A stretch of 64,000 nucleotides of DNA, taken from assembly GCA_965219455.1 (NCBI GenBank), contig OZ244744.1, positions 5,376,001 through 5,440,000 of the forward strand. Direction: 5' to 3'. A model generated the notes under the pieces. That model saw nothing but the letters and a program-made list of their open reading frames with translations. It ran no database searches and was not told the DNA's origin. Each line of letters opens with the position of its first letter. Within the stretch, counting starts at the first letter, position 1. This document shows positions 33,738-44,263 of the stretch, piece after piece. The position numbers were made by a program, and so were the translations under genes. Source of the stretch: Candidatus Latescibacterota bacterium. Lineage in GTDB: Bacteria > Latescibacterota > UBA2968 > GCA-2709665.

Positions 33738-35147
33738 ATGAAGATGTTTGTCAATTCCCGCTGGATGGACAAGGACGAGAAAGTCGAGGTACTGAATCCC
33801 TACGATGGCTCGGTTATCGATACGGTACCCCGCGCCGACGGAAGAGACGTGCAGGCGGCCCTGGCGACGGCGGCCAGGGGCGCCGAGGTGATGGCGGCGA
33901 TGCCCGCCCACGAACGATACCGCATTCTGCATCGTGCCTCGGAGTTGATGGCGGAGCGCCAGGAGGATTTCGGGCAGACGATCTCCGCTGAAGAGGGGAA
34001 GATCATTTCCGAGGGGCGGGGGGAAGCTGCGCGGGCCGTCGATACAATGACACTCTCGGCCGAGGAGGCGAAACGGCTTTACGGTGAAACCATTCCGCTG
34101 GACGGCGCAACCGGCGCCGAGGGCAAGTTCGGCTTTACCGTTCGGGTCCCCTGTGGCGTCGTCGTTGCGATTACACCCTTTAATTTTCCCCTGAATCTGG
34201 TCTGTCACAAGGTAGGACCGGCTCTGGCAGCTGGAAATTCGGTGATTGTAAAACCGGCCACGGATACGCCGCTCTCCGCGATGAAATTGGTAAAGGTACT
34301 TGTCGATGCGGGCGCCCCGGCCGAAGCCGTGCAGTGCATCACGGGGCCAGGGGGTGAAATTGGAGACATGCTGTCTTCTGATTCCAGGGTGCGTAAAATC
34401 TCCTTCACCGGCAGCAGAGACGTGGGTGAACAGATTTGCAGAACAGCTGGGCTAAAAAAGGTAACAATGGAACTGGGGTCCAATTCTCCGTTAATTGTGA
34501 TGCCCGATGCCGATCTGGAAAAGGTGGCCGCCGCTACGACCGCGACAGGTTTTGCAAATGCCGGGCAAGTTTGCATTTCTGCGCAACGTGTCATGGTCAA
34601 CAAGGACGTATATGAGGACTTCATTGACGTACTCAAGCCTCAGGTGGAGGCTATGAAAACCGGCGACCAATTGGATGAGTCGGTGTCCATGGGTCCAATG
34701 ATTCGCGAAAAAGATGCCGAACGGGTAAGCGCCTGGATAAAGGAGGCCAGGGAGGGCGGTGCGAGGGTGATCGTTGGGGGTGACCGGGAAGGAACCTTAC
34801 ATGCGCCCACAGTGGTGGCAGATGTCGATCCAAAGATGCGGATTTCGTGTGACGAACTCTTCGGTCCGGCCGTTGGACTGACCCGATTCGAAACGATCGA
34901 TGAGGCCATTGCCTCTGCCAACGACACCAATTACGGTTTATCAGCCGCGTTGTTTACTGAGAATCTGGACCATGCGATGCGATTTGTAAACAAGGTGCAG
35001 TCGGGCAATATTATGGTAAATTGGGGTCCTCAATGGCGGGCAGACCTGATGCCTTACGGTGGTCTGAAAGAAAGTGGGATGGGCAAGGAAGGGCCCAAAT
35101 ACGCGGTGGAGGAGATGACGGAGTTGAAGATGGTGGTTTTTCATTAG
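33738..35147 (+). CDS. NAD(P)-dependent aldehyde dehydrogenase
   Basis: ITPFNFPLNL, KPA..TP, FTGS, MELGSN, NAGQVCIS, ELFGP, PYGGLKESG. Confidence 0.95.
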   Translation: MKMFVNSRWMDKDEKVEVLNPYDGSVIDTVPRADGRDVQAALATAARGAEVMAAMPAHERYRILHRASELMAERQEDFGQTISAEEGKIISEGRGEAARAVDTMTLSAEEAKRLYGETIPLDGATGAEGKFGFTVRVPCGVVVAITPFNFPLNLVCHKVGPALAAGNSVIVKPATDTPLSAMKLVKVLVDAGAPAEAVQCITGPGGEIGDMLSSDSRVRKISFTGSRDVGEQICRTAGLKKVTMELGSNSPLIVMPDADLEKVAAATTATGFANAGQVCISAQRVMVNKDVYEDFIDVLKPQVEAMKTGDQLDESVSMGPMIREKDAERVSAWIKEAREGGARVIVGGDREGTLHAPTVVADVDPKMRISCDELFGPAVGLTRFETIDEAIASANDTNYGLSAALFTENLDHAMRFVNKVQSGNIMVNWGPQWRADLMPYGGLKESGMGKEGPKYAVEEMTELKMVVFH

Positions 35148-35318
35148 GCACGAAGGGGGGAGTCCGCCGCGCGGAACACGAGGCGATGGCGCGGCTCCGA
35201 AAAACATGTGCTGCGAATGACACGCTCAAGGTCCGCATTGAACGCGAACGGCCGGTGTTCAGGGCCGACCCCTGCATGAAATTCGCGATTTCCTGATTCC
35301 GATCTTGTAATTGCGCAT

Positions 35319-35355
35319 TAAAAAAAGCGGAGTGGCGTTGTTGGCGCTCCGCTTT
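35319..35355 (-). terminator. Rho-independent terminator for the HU/IHF gene (possibly bidirectional)
   Basis: A run followed by an AAAGCGGAG...CTCCGCTTT stem. Confidence 0.7.
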
Positions 35356-35459
35356 AAGCGTAAACAGAGAGATTTTGTGGGGTCGGGACCCTACCATCTT
35401 TCCCGTCAACCTGACCCCGTGGGTGACCGTACGCCTGACCGTACCAGGCGAAGGTCACT

Positions 35460-35789
35460 TCACGTATGTAGCGGTTCGGATTCCTCCTGATCGGTTGGAT
35501 CGAGTGGCTGATGGAGTGCTTTCTTAATGAGCACACCGGCTTTAAAGTAGCTTTTCTTCCGTGCGGGCACATAGACAATTTCACCAGTCCGCGGATTTCG
35601 TGCGGCAGGCTTGGGCTTGGTATTTTTGACGCCCAGTACGCCAAAGCCACGAATTTCGATGCGGTCGCCGGAAATCAGGCTCTCGCGCATAGCCTTAAAA
35701 AGCGTGTCTACAACCTCGTAGGCGAGTTGCTTCTTGACGCCCAGGCGTTCGGAGATTTCGAGCGCCAGGTCCTTCTTGGTTGTTGTCAT
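35460..35789 (-). CDS. HU/IHF family DNA-binding protein (IHF beta-like)
   Basis: TKKDL, RIEIRGFG, ARNPRTGE, FKAG; RBS GGAGGAG. Confidence 0.93.
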   Translation of the reverse strand: MTTTKKDLALEISERLGVKKQLAYEVVDTLFKAMRESLISGDRIEIRGFGVLGVKNTKPKPAARNPRTGEIVYVPARKKSYFKAGVLIKKALHQPLDPTDQEESEPLHT

Positions 35790-36406
35790 TATTCTCCTCC
35801 CGTATGGCTTGCTCGATTTAGCCGAAACACAATATAGACCCAAAGTGTCGATTGCCGCAAGAAAAAAATTTACTATAAGTTACACAAATTTTTTCCAAAC
35901 GGGACTTGGGTATCAAGGTTTAAATTTTCTTATAATTGATTGTTTTTAATATACTTGCACGTAATTTCTCGTATTTTGTTGAATTTTATACACTTACGCG
36001 GACTGTCTCTTTGCGTATTGTCTGTTGGGGGCGCCACGCGGACACGGAGTCCGGCTTTAGCCGCTACACAATGTGACGATCCGCAGACGGATTTTCCGGC
36101 GAACCTGAAGGCCGATGACGGCCCGAGGATTGCTTGGGCAACGCCGTTTCGAGGAGCCGCATTTCAAGTTGAAGAATTGTCGGGAATGTGGATGTACACC
36201 TGGGAATAGATCGATGACATACGGCGAAACAGGACGCCGTCGCTGCTGGACCTGCGGTTGCGCGGCCCGATCCGTGGTGGGTCGGGAGGCGAATATCTCT
36301 TGGTCAAACGGGATACGTTTTAGGCCTTGAATATCGCGTCGCAAACCGATCCGTACCGAGGTGGGGTGCCGAGAGTGTATCTGAGGGCCACGGAACGTAA
36401 CCAAAC

Positions 36407-37621
36407 TCAGCCGTGTCGTTGTTCGTACAGTGCCTGAATGAGTCTGTCGACATGGTCAAATCCATTGCAAATGTGGGTAGATACCCGTATCCAGTGGGCG
36501 CGGTCGATTCTTTCCGTTGGCACGGTTATCCGATAATGCTTATAGAGGTCGAGGTTTTCGAATCCCGTGACGTGGAATGCCGAGATTGAACCGGACATGT
36601 CGGCCCTGGAGGGTGTGAGCAGTCTTGCCCAGCCGGTTGCCGCCAAACCTTCCCGTAGATAGGCAGCCAGTGTCTGGCCTCTCCGCAGAATCCGGTGTTT
36701 GCCAACCTGTTCCTGGAAATCGACGGCTTCGCCTACGGCGGCAAAGGCGGCCTGGTCACGGGTGCCCCAGTTTTCGATGGCCCACATATACGGAAGACCG
36801 TTGATCCGCAGCCTGCCGTCCCCACCCCGTTTTGCGCCCTCGCGGCTGTATCCCCAGCTTACAATGACGTGATCCAATTGCTCCTGTGCGCGCGGTGACG
36901 CGTAAAGGAACCCCGTACCCTTGGGCGCGCAGAGCCACTTGTGGCAATTGCCTCCGTAAAAGTCGCACTCAAGGGCATCCAGGTCCAGAGGGATCATGCC
37001 CGGGGCGTGTGCGCCGTCGACTGCAATCATCGCGCCACGGTGGTGGGCAAGGCGGGCCAACGCTCCAACGGGCGTAATCAGACCGGTGCGGGTGATGATG
37101 TGACTACAGAGAACCAGCCGCGTGCGACCGGTAAACTCGCTTTCAAAGGCATCAAGAATGGCTTCAGGATTGTCTGTCGCCAGAGGAAAGCGGGCGCGCT
37201 TCACCACAACCCCGTGACGTCGCTCTGCCAGATGAAGGCAATGATCGATTGCGCCGTATTCATGGTTCGAGGCCAGAATTTCGTCACCGGGGCGCCAGAC
37301 CAGACCGTGCACCACCATATTGATGGCTACGGTGACGTTGCAGGTGAATGCGATGTCCTCAGATGGCGCGTTGACAAAAACGCCCAGCCTGCGGCGACCC
37401 TCGTCCACGGCGTCCGAATGTCTCGCTCGATTCCGGATCGGGCTGCGTTCAACATCCTTCAGTATTGCCGTCATTTTCTCGAAGACCGGTCTGGGCTGCG
37501 CACCAACGGATCCGGTATTCAGGTAGACCTCATCGTCGGCAATCATATAGGCTCTGCGAATCGTCTGCCAATAGGCTTCCTCCGCTGTGGACGTCGGCCA
37601 GTTTACGTCTAATTGGGTCAC
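36407..37621 (-). CDS. Class V PLP-dependent enzyme (isopenicillin N epimerase / C-S lyase-like)
   Basis: YLNTGSVG, NHEYGA, VDGAHAPG, GNCHKWLCAPKGTG, GTRD, IRVSTH. Confidence 0.88.
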   Translation of the reverse strand: MTQLDVNWPTSTAEEAYWQTIRRAYMIADDEVYLNTGSVGAQPRPVFEKMTAILKDVERSPIRNRARHSDAVDEGRRRLGVFVNAPSEDIAFTCNVTVAINMVVHGLVWRPGDEILASNHEYGAIDHCLHLAERRHGVVVKRARFPLATDNPEAILDAFESEFTGRTRLVLCSHIITRTGLITPVGALARLAHHRGAMIAVDGAHAPGMIPLDLDALECDFYGGNCHKWLCAPKGTGFLYASPRAQEQLDHVIVSWGYSREGAKRGGDGRLRINGLPYMWAIENWGTRDQAAFAAVGEAVDFQEQVGKHRILRRGQTLAAYLREGLAATGWARLLTPSRADMSGSISAFHVTGFENLDLYKHYRITVPTERIDRAHWIRVSTHICNGFDHVDRLIQALYEQRHG

Positions 37622-37730
37622 CTATACCTCCTGGAACGATACCGAATGAAAATTAACGGTTATGGCCAGCCGATGTTCAGTCCCTGAAACAGATTTCCGA
37701 AACTCGGCCGTCGAGTCGCCCGGCTGGCAT

Positions 37731-37771
37731 CCCTTCGACAAGCTCAGGGCGGCGCCTTCGACAGGCTCAGG
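37731..37771 (+). repeat. Tandem REP-like units CCTTCGACA(A/G)GCTCAGG
   Basis: Two direct copies at 37731-37750 and 37755-37771. Confidence 0.7.
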
Positions 37772-38059
37772 AACCAGCGCCTGCGACCAGCGGAGGGTCG
37801 GCCCGACACGCGAGACGTGATGAACCGGCCTGCCTGTGCGTGCTGTCTCAGGCACGTAGACAGGCGGATGAATGGCAACATACTTGTGGGACGGGACACC
37901 AGCGCGGCGATGATTGGTGGCGTACGGATTGACCCACAATTGTAAACTCCGGATCACCCGTTTTCAAGTCCTTTGTGAGCGAAACCTGGACCGTCCGACG
38001 GGATGTCGGGCGCAACGCCGGATCTACCCGCGTTTCTTGAGCGTGTTTCCGTGTCTTGA

Positions 38060-38318
38060 CCGTCAACGTCCTCATGGATGTATTGAAGCCGGCGCGGATC
38101 CGAGCGAGTTGCAGGATCAATTTTTCGGGCTCTGTGAGAATCTGAATCTGGACGGAATGCGGCGTATGGTTGCTATCGGTCTTGATCCGAATCGGGCCGT
38201 CAACGACGGATGGAACTGTGATGTGCTCCACGGATGCCTGCAGACGTACTCGCGAAAGCCCGCCGCACATCTGCACGCCTGCATCAATCTGTTGATCGAC
38301 GCAGGCGCGACCGAGTGA
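38060..38318 (+). pseudogene. Possible ankyrin-repeat protein remnant
   Basis: IEAGADP, AIGLDPN, LLIDAGA ankyrin-like ends; no convincing start. Confidence 0.35.
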
Positions 38319-38475
38319 ACGCTTTTCATCGCCGACCTTCGTGTTTGTCCCATTCCGTGTACCTCGGCATTGCAGGTGACGTGCATCGAGAGAGATCCTT
38401 CCGGACCGCGCCGCCTTGAAGACCTGGCGGGATAATTCGCGTGAGGTCGCGGGTTTTAGCCCTCGGTACCCCGCC

Positions 38476-38504
38476 TTGACACGTTCATTTATCTTGTCTA
38501 TATT
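38476..38504 (+). promoter_or_regulatory. Sigma-70-type promoter of the formate dehydrogenase operon
   Basis: TTGACA-17 bp-TATATT. Confidence 0.7.
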
Positions 38505-38592
38505 AAAGTGCTTACAACAACGACGTGTTCCACATGGCAGGGCGCCGGTTCGCGGTTGGTTTCTGATCCACGCGCATCGACGGGAGTGTGCA

Positions 38593-40254
38593 ATGGCAAG
38601 CCCTTCGGACGATGAACTGGTTCGACGCTGGAAAGACGAGCCCGCGCCGCTGCTGCCGTTGTTGCACGCGTTCCACGATCGGGATGGATATGTCTCTGAC
38701 GAGGCCATCCGGTCCATCTCGGCCGGCTTGAAAACACCACTGGCAGATCTTTTTGGCACCGTAACGTTCTACCATCACTTTTCGCGCAAGCCAGGCGGGC
38801 TGGAAAAATCCCGGGTGTGCACCGGCCCCATATGCGCGCTTCGGGGCGCACTGGAAATATGCGATGCCCTGAACGGTGAACCGATGGCATGCGCGGGCAG
38901 ATGTGACGAACCGGTACCGGTGATTCAGAAACACCGCGTCCTCGTGGGAACAGATGCACGGTGCCTGCAAGAAGTCCCGACGCCACCGCCCGCGCCAAAT
39001 CCGGGCCGCCTGGAGGAATGTGTCTTTCGTCACATCCGCGCACCGCACCGCGCCACCCTCCAAGGATATCGCGGGACCCGCGGGTACGACGGGTTGGAAA
39101 AAGCCATAATGAAAATGCGGCCCGTGGAGGTTGTGGAACGGGTCACGGAAAGCGGGCTGGCCGGCCGCGGAGGGGCCGGTTTCCCGACAGGCGCAAAATG
39201 GAAGGCGGTCGCAGAGGCCACGGGCGAGCCGAAAACGGTTGTCTGCAACGCCGATGAGGGAGAGCCGGGCTGTTTCAAGGATCGAGCCCTGATGGACTAC
39301 GATCCGCACGCGGTGCTGGAGGGAATGGCCATCGCCGCGTTCGCAACAGGCGCCACACAAGGATTCATCTATCTGCGGTACGAATACCCGCAAACATTGA
39401 GCATTCTGGAAAGCGCCATTGAAGACGCGGAGAAGGCCGGGTTGCTTGGCGACGGCATTTTGGGGACGGACTTCGACTTTCGGGTGCATATTCGGCGCGG
39501 CGGCGGGGCGTATGTGTGCGGAGAAGAGGGGTCGCTGCTGAACAGCCTGGAGGGCAAGCATCCGTTTCCGAGAAACCGCCCGCCATTTCCCGTAACCCAC
39601 GGATTTGAGGATCTGCCCACGGCGGTGAACAACGTTGAAACGCTTGTTGCCGTACCTCAAATCCTCCGAAAGGGTGCAGATTGGTACCGGGGTCTCGGTC
39701 TGAACGGTCAACCTGGCACCAAAGTAATCAGTCTGTCGGGCGATATCGCAAAGCCGGGCAATTACGAGATCCCGTTCGGCTTGCCTCTGAAAACACTGCT
39801 TTACGATTGGGGAGGCGGCACACCCGATGGCCGGAAAATCCAGGCGGTGACCATGGCAGGGTTGTCCGGCGGGTTCGTAGCCGGCGACGCACTCGACGCC
39901 ACTCTCGACGAACCCAGCCTCCGCAGTTATGGATCTTTTCTGGGCGCCGGGGGCATCATCGTATTCGACGACAGCCGGGATATGGTTGAGGTCGCCCATG
40001 GCGCGATGGCCTTTTTTGCAGACGAGTCCTGCGGAAAGTGTTTTCCGTGCCGCATCGGGACGCGCCGGTTGGCCGAGCGGCTGAGCGGCGTTGGCGGACC
40101 GAGACAGGTCGGTCCCTGGCGGGCGGAAGTTCTTGATATCGGCCAGACAATGATGGCCACCAGCGCGTGCGGCCTGGGTACGGCCGCGCCTCTGGTGACC
40201 GAGAGCCTGATGAAGTATTTTCCGAATCAAGTCGAAAAGCACGTTGAAGGGTAG
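38593..40254 (+). CDS. NAD-linked formate dehydrogenase diaphorase subunit (NuoE-NuoF / FdsG-FdsB fusion)
   Basis: VTFYHHF, VCTGPIC...CAGRC (2Fe-2S); GRGGAGFP, CNADEGEPG.FKDR, YVCGEE, NNVET, SCGKCFPCRIG. Confidence 0.9.
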   Translation: MASPSDDELVRRWKDEPAPLLPLLHAFHDRDGYVSDEAIRSISAGLKTPLADLFGTVTFYHHFSRKPGGLEKSRVCTGPICALRGALEICDALNGEPMACAGRCDEPVPVIQKHRVLVGTDARCLQEVPTPPPAPNPGRLEECVFRHIRAPHRATLQGYRGTRGYDGLEKAIMKMRPVEVVERVTESGLAGRGGAGFPTGAKWKAVAEATGEPKTVVCNADEGEPGCFKDRALMDYDPHAVLEGMAIAAFATGATQGFIYLRYEYPQTLSILESAIEDAEKAGLLGDGILGTDFDFRVHIRRGGGAYVCGEEGSLLNSLEGKHPFPRNRPPFPVTHGFEDLPTAVNNVETLVAVPQILRKGADWYRGLGLNGQPGTKVISLSGDIAKPGNYEIPFGLPLKTLLYDWGGGTPDGRKIQAVTMAGLSGGFVAGDALDATLDEPSLRSYGSFLGAGGIIVFDDSRDMVEVAHGAMAFFADESCGKCFPCRIGTRRLAERLSGVGGPRQVGPWRAEVLDIGQTMMATSACGLGTAAPLVTESLMKYFPNQVEKHVEG

Positions 40255-40309
40255 AGGTTCGCGCCGGTGTGCGTGAGTCCCGTTGCCCATATCCGGAAGG
40301 CGGAAAGTG

Positions 40310-43048
40310 ATGGTCTTAGTTGAAAATGGAGACAGTACCGCCACGATCACTCTGGACAACGAGAAGGTAACGTTTTCCCAAGATGAAACCATTTTTGACG
40401 TGGCGCAAAGGCACTCGAAAGATGTGCCGACGCTGTGTTACGACTCCCGGCTGAAGCCCTTTGGAAGTTGCCGCCTCTGCGTCGTGGATGTGGAGGGCGC
40501 GCGAACCCCCATGGCTTCATGCACCACCCACGCGACACCCGGGATGGTCGTGCGTACGGAGACGGATGCGATAATGAGGTATCGAAAGGTGTTGCTGGAG
40601 ATGGTGGCGTCCGAAAACCCCGAGATTGATGTAGACCCCCTTAGTGGATATGCTTCCCAGGAACTGGCCACACTTGTGGATCGATACGGCGCGCGTACCG
40701 GCCGGTTTAAGGGAGCGCAGTCCGGACGCAACAAGGTGGAGGACGACAATCCGTTTCTGCTGCGTGATTATGACAAATGTATCTCATGCTACCGTTGCGT
40801 CCGGGTGTGTTCCGAGCAGGAGGGAGACGACGCAATCAGCGTCATGAACCGCGGCTTCGAGACACAGATTGTAACCGAATTCGATGGCTTGCTGAAAAAT
40901 TCGTCCTGTACGTTTTGCGGGCAATGTATCCAGACGTGCCCCACGGGTGCGCTTGCGGACAAGAAGGCGTTGCGGGCATCCGGCGATCCGGGGTCAATTG
41001 AAAAGACGCGCACTATCTGCCCGTACTGCGGGGTGGGGTGTTCGGTGGACGTAATGACCAAAGGGGAAGAGATTGTGGGCATCCAGCCCGCGATGGACGG
41101 TCCGGCGAACCTGGGTGCGCTTTGCGTAAAAGGACAGTTTGCATTCGACTTCGTGCATCACCGCGATCGGCTGAAGATGCCGCTGGTGCGCCGGGGAGAC
41201 GGCAGACTGCAAGAAGCGGGCTGGGACGAGGCGCTGGATCGCGCAGCGAGGGGTTTCATGCATGCTCGGGAGGTACATGGGAAGTACAGCGCCTACGGGG
41301 TGGCCTCCGGCCGTGCGCCTACCGAAGCGTCCTACCTGATGGGGAAGTTCATCCGCGCCGGCTTCGGTACCAACTACATAGACAACTGCAGCCGTGCGTG
41401 ACACGCCCCAACGGTTGCCGGTCTGGCAGCCACGATCGGACGGGGCGCAATGTCGAATCCACTGGCCGATATGGACAAACCCGATGTGTTCTTCTGCATC
41501 GGGACGAATATGACCGAGTGTCATCCGGTGGCGGCCACGCGGCTGAAGAAAGCGATACGTACGGGGGCAAAACTGATTGTCGCGGATCCGCGGCGAATCC
41601 CGCTGGCGGAGATGGCGGATCTGTATCTTCCGCTGCGGGTGGGATCGGACGTTGCCCTCCTGCTGGGGATGGCGCATGTCATCGCAAGGGAGGGGTTGAT
41701 CGACGCGGACTTTGTCGAAAAGCGGACGGCAAAGTTTGAGGACTTCCTGGAGCATGTGAAGGAGTATCCGCCGGAATGGGCCGAGCGAATTACGGGGGTG
41801 CCCGCAAAGGATATCGAACTGGCCGCCATCTGGTACGGCATGGCCGATAGGGGTGCGATCTACTATACGCTGGGAATTACCGAGCATATCTGTGGCGTGG
41901 ACAATGTTCAAAGCCTGTGTAATCTGGCCCTGATGACGGGAAACGTGGGTCGCGTCGGTACGGGCATCAATCCGATGCGCGGTCAGAACAATATCCAGGG
42001 CGCGGGGGATTCAGGAGCCATACCGGATAAATTTCCCGGGTTCCAGCCGTGCGACGACCCGGAGAGCGCGACAAAATTCTCCCGGCTTTATGGCCAGCGT
42101 CTCGAAGTGGAAAAGGGCGTTACCAAGGTGGCGGCACTGAACCTGTGCGGCGACCGGATCCGTGCAATGATGATCGACGGCGAGAACACGGTTGTATCCG
42201 ATCCGGACAGGGCGCATTGCACGCGGGCATTACAGAGTCTGGACCACCTGGTGGTGATCGATATCTTCCTGACGGAAACGGCTGAACTTGCCGACGTCGT
42301 GCTGCCGGCCACGGCCTGGGGGGAGACGGATGGGACGTGCACGAATACGGAGCGGCGTGTCCAGCGGCTGCGCGCGGCCGTCCCGCCCCCTGGAGAAGCC
42401 CGGCCTGACTGGTGGATTGTAAGCGAGGTTGCGAAACGGATGGGAACGCCGGGATTCGAGTTCGCTTCTGCGAAGGAGGTGTTCAACGAGTTGTGCAGCG
42501 TGTCGCCTATATACGCAGGGCTGAATTGGGATCGAATAGAACACGGCCTGTACCAATGGCCGGTGCCGGACGGGGAACATCCGGGCACGCCTATGTTGCA
42601 CGAAGGCGAGTTCGCAAACGGCCGGGGTATTTTCACGAATCACCGCTATCGCAATCCGGCCGAGACGGTGAGTGACGCCTTTCCGGTTTGGTTGACGACC
42701 GGTCGCAGATTGCATGCCTACCATACACGGACCCAGACCGGACGAGCGACGGGGATGGATTATTTTCTTTCTGAAGAGACGCTGGAGGTGAATCCATCGG
42801 ACGTGTCGGCCTGGGGTCTGACAGACGGCGGCTGGTGCCGGATGTCGAGTGCACGCGGTTCCATTCGGATCAAGGTTAAGGCGACCCGGCAGTCTCCACG
42901 GGGCACGGTGTTCGCCAGTTTTGGTTTCAATGACGTTCCGGTGAATATTCTGACCGGTTCGGGATACGATCCAGTGACGGAAACAGCTGAATTGAAGGTT
43001 TGCCCGGTTCGTATTGAAGCGGTTGTGCCGGAACGACATACAACCTAA
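40310..43048 (+). CDS. fdhF: Formate dehydrogenase alpha subunit, selenocysteine-containing (Sec at TGA 41399-41401)
   Basis: ORFs 40283-41401 and 41450-43048 are in frame; reads IDNCSRA-U-HAPTVAGL...GAMSN; CPYCGVGC, RGQNNIQG, TNTERRVQ; SECIS-like hairpin follows. Confidence 0.93.
41413..41431 (+). promoter_or_regulatory. Bacterial SECIS element
   Basis: GGTTGCCGGTCTGGCAGCC hairpin beginning 11 nt after the UGA, resembling E. coli fdhF GGUUGCAGGUCUGCACC. Confidence 0.85.
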
Positions 43049-43057
43049 GGATTAAAA

Positions 43058-43888
43058 TTGAATTCAAGTATAACACAGCGAGTCGTGTCGAGAGTGAATG
43101 GCGGCTGTCCGGTGCGCTCGATTCAGGACGATATCGCAATTGAAGAGCCCCTGGAAATCCGCGTGGCGGGGGATCCGGTGGCCGTGACCATGCGTTCACC
43201 GGGAGATGACGCGCGGCTTGCAGTGGGTTTTCTGTTTTCGGAAGGGATTATCGCGTCTATCGAGGACGTGGGGCGCGTATATCACTGCGGAAGGCCCGGT
43301 ACAGAGGCATACGGAAATGCGATCGACGTGCTGCCCGCGCCCGGCCACAGTCTGGATATAGAGCGGGTAAACGCCAGCCGGCGCGGCACACTGACGACGT
43401 CGGCGTGTGGGGTCTGCGGCAGACAAGGCGTCGAGGACTTGGTGGCGCGTTGTTCTGCGATGCCGCCTGGGCCGAAAATATCGGCGGAATTGCTCTTTGA
43501 AACCATTGAACAAATGACACGGATTCAGCCAACATTCACCCATACGGGGGGTGTGCACGCCGCCGCCGCATTCGGCCCGGATGGCCACGCGCTTGTATGC
43601 TGCGAGGATGTAGGCCGACACAATGCCTTAGACAAAACCGTCGGCGCCCTGCTTTTCGACCGATTGGTGGGAACCTCTCGGGGACCCGCCGTACTGGCCG
43701 TAAGCGGCAGGGCGAGCTTTGAAATCGTCCAGAAAGCGGCAGTCGCACGGATTCCCATTGTTGCAAGCGTCTCCGCGGCCAGTTCTCTGGCGGTCGATCT
43801 TGCAACCGATGTGGGTATTACCCTTGCGGGATTCGTTCGCCGGAAGGGCTTCAACCTGTACGCGCACCCTGAACGGATCGTGCGATAA
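43058..43888 (+). CDS. fdhD: Formate dehydrogenase accessory sulfurtransferase FdhD
   Basis: EEPLEI, TMRSPG, SACGVCG, TGGVHAAA, EDVGRHNALDK, SGRASFE. Confidence 0.95.
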   Translation: MNSSITQRVVSRVNGGCPVRSIQDDIAIEEPLEIRVAGDPVAVTMRSPGDDARLAVGFLFSEGIIASIEDVGRVYHCGRPGTEAYGNAIDVLPAPGHSLDIERVNASRRGTLTTSACGVCGRQGVEDLVARCSAMPPGPKISAELLFETIEQMTRIQPTFTHTGGVHAAAAFGPDGHALVCCEDVGRHNALDKTVGALLFDRLVGTSRGPAVLAVSGRASFEIVQKAAVARIPIVASVSAASSLAVDLATDVGITLAGFVRRKGFNLYAHPERIVR

Positions 43889-43898
43889 GGAGTGGAAG

Positions 43899-44126
43899 AT
43901 GCCTATTTTTGAGTTTGTCTGCGGCGATTGCCGTCATCCCTTCGAGATATTCATTCAGGGCTCCCAGGAACCGCACTGCCCATCCTGTGGTAGCAGCGAA
44001 CTTGAAAAGCAACTTTCGGTCTTTGCCGTAAGCGGAGGCAGCGGCCAAACGGCGACGCGCGGACCCTCGGGGCCCTGCGGAACCTGCGGAGACCCCAGGG
44101 GTCCCGGCGCCTGTTCATTGAATTAG
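43899..44126 (+). CDS. FmdB family zinc-ribbon protein
   Basis: MPIFEFVCGDC...CPSCGS..LEKQLS; Cys-rich tail; RBS AAGGAG. Confidence 0.85.
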   Translation: MPIFEFVCGDCRHPFEIFIQGSQEPHCPSCGSSELEKQLSVFAVSGGSGQTATRGPSGPCGTCGDPRGPGACSLN

Positions 44127-44135
44127 ACAATGGAT

Positions 44136-44163
44136 CCCGGTTGAGAACGCCGGGTTTTTTTTT
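44136..44163 (+). terminator. Rho-independent terminator of the fdh operon
   Basis: CCCGG...CCGGG stem followed by T9. Confidence 0.8.
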
Positions 44164-44245
44164 GTACATAAATTGAAAATGCGAACGAATTTTCGAACGA
44201 TTCTGGCCAATCCCTATAGATCGTCTGCTACCTGAAGCATGTAAG

Positions 44246-44263
44246 AATTGCATTTGTGCAATT
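44246..44263. promoter_or_regulatory. Palindromic operator-like site
   Basis: AATTGCA-TTTG-TGCAATT upstream of the methyltransferase cluster. Confidence 0.45.

Noticed and set aside
36057-36404. DUF559-like nuclease remnant on the minus strand (RRRPVSPYVIDLF)
   Set aside because: Only one short motif; the downstream E.DG..H residues are absent
38512-40392. Long antisense ORFs (626 aa here; also 53419-54804, 15319-16491, 5552-6610)
   Set aside because: They are shadows of well-supported genes on the opposite strand, expected in GC-rich DNA
41399-41449. Split or pseudogenised formate dehydrogenase
   Set aside because: Better explained by Sec recoding: in-frame UGA at the catalytic site plus a SECIS-like hairpin
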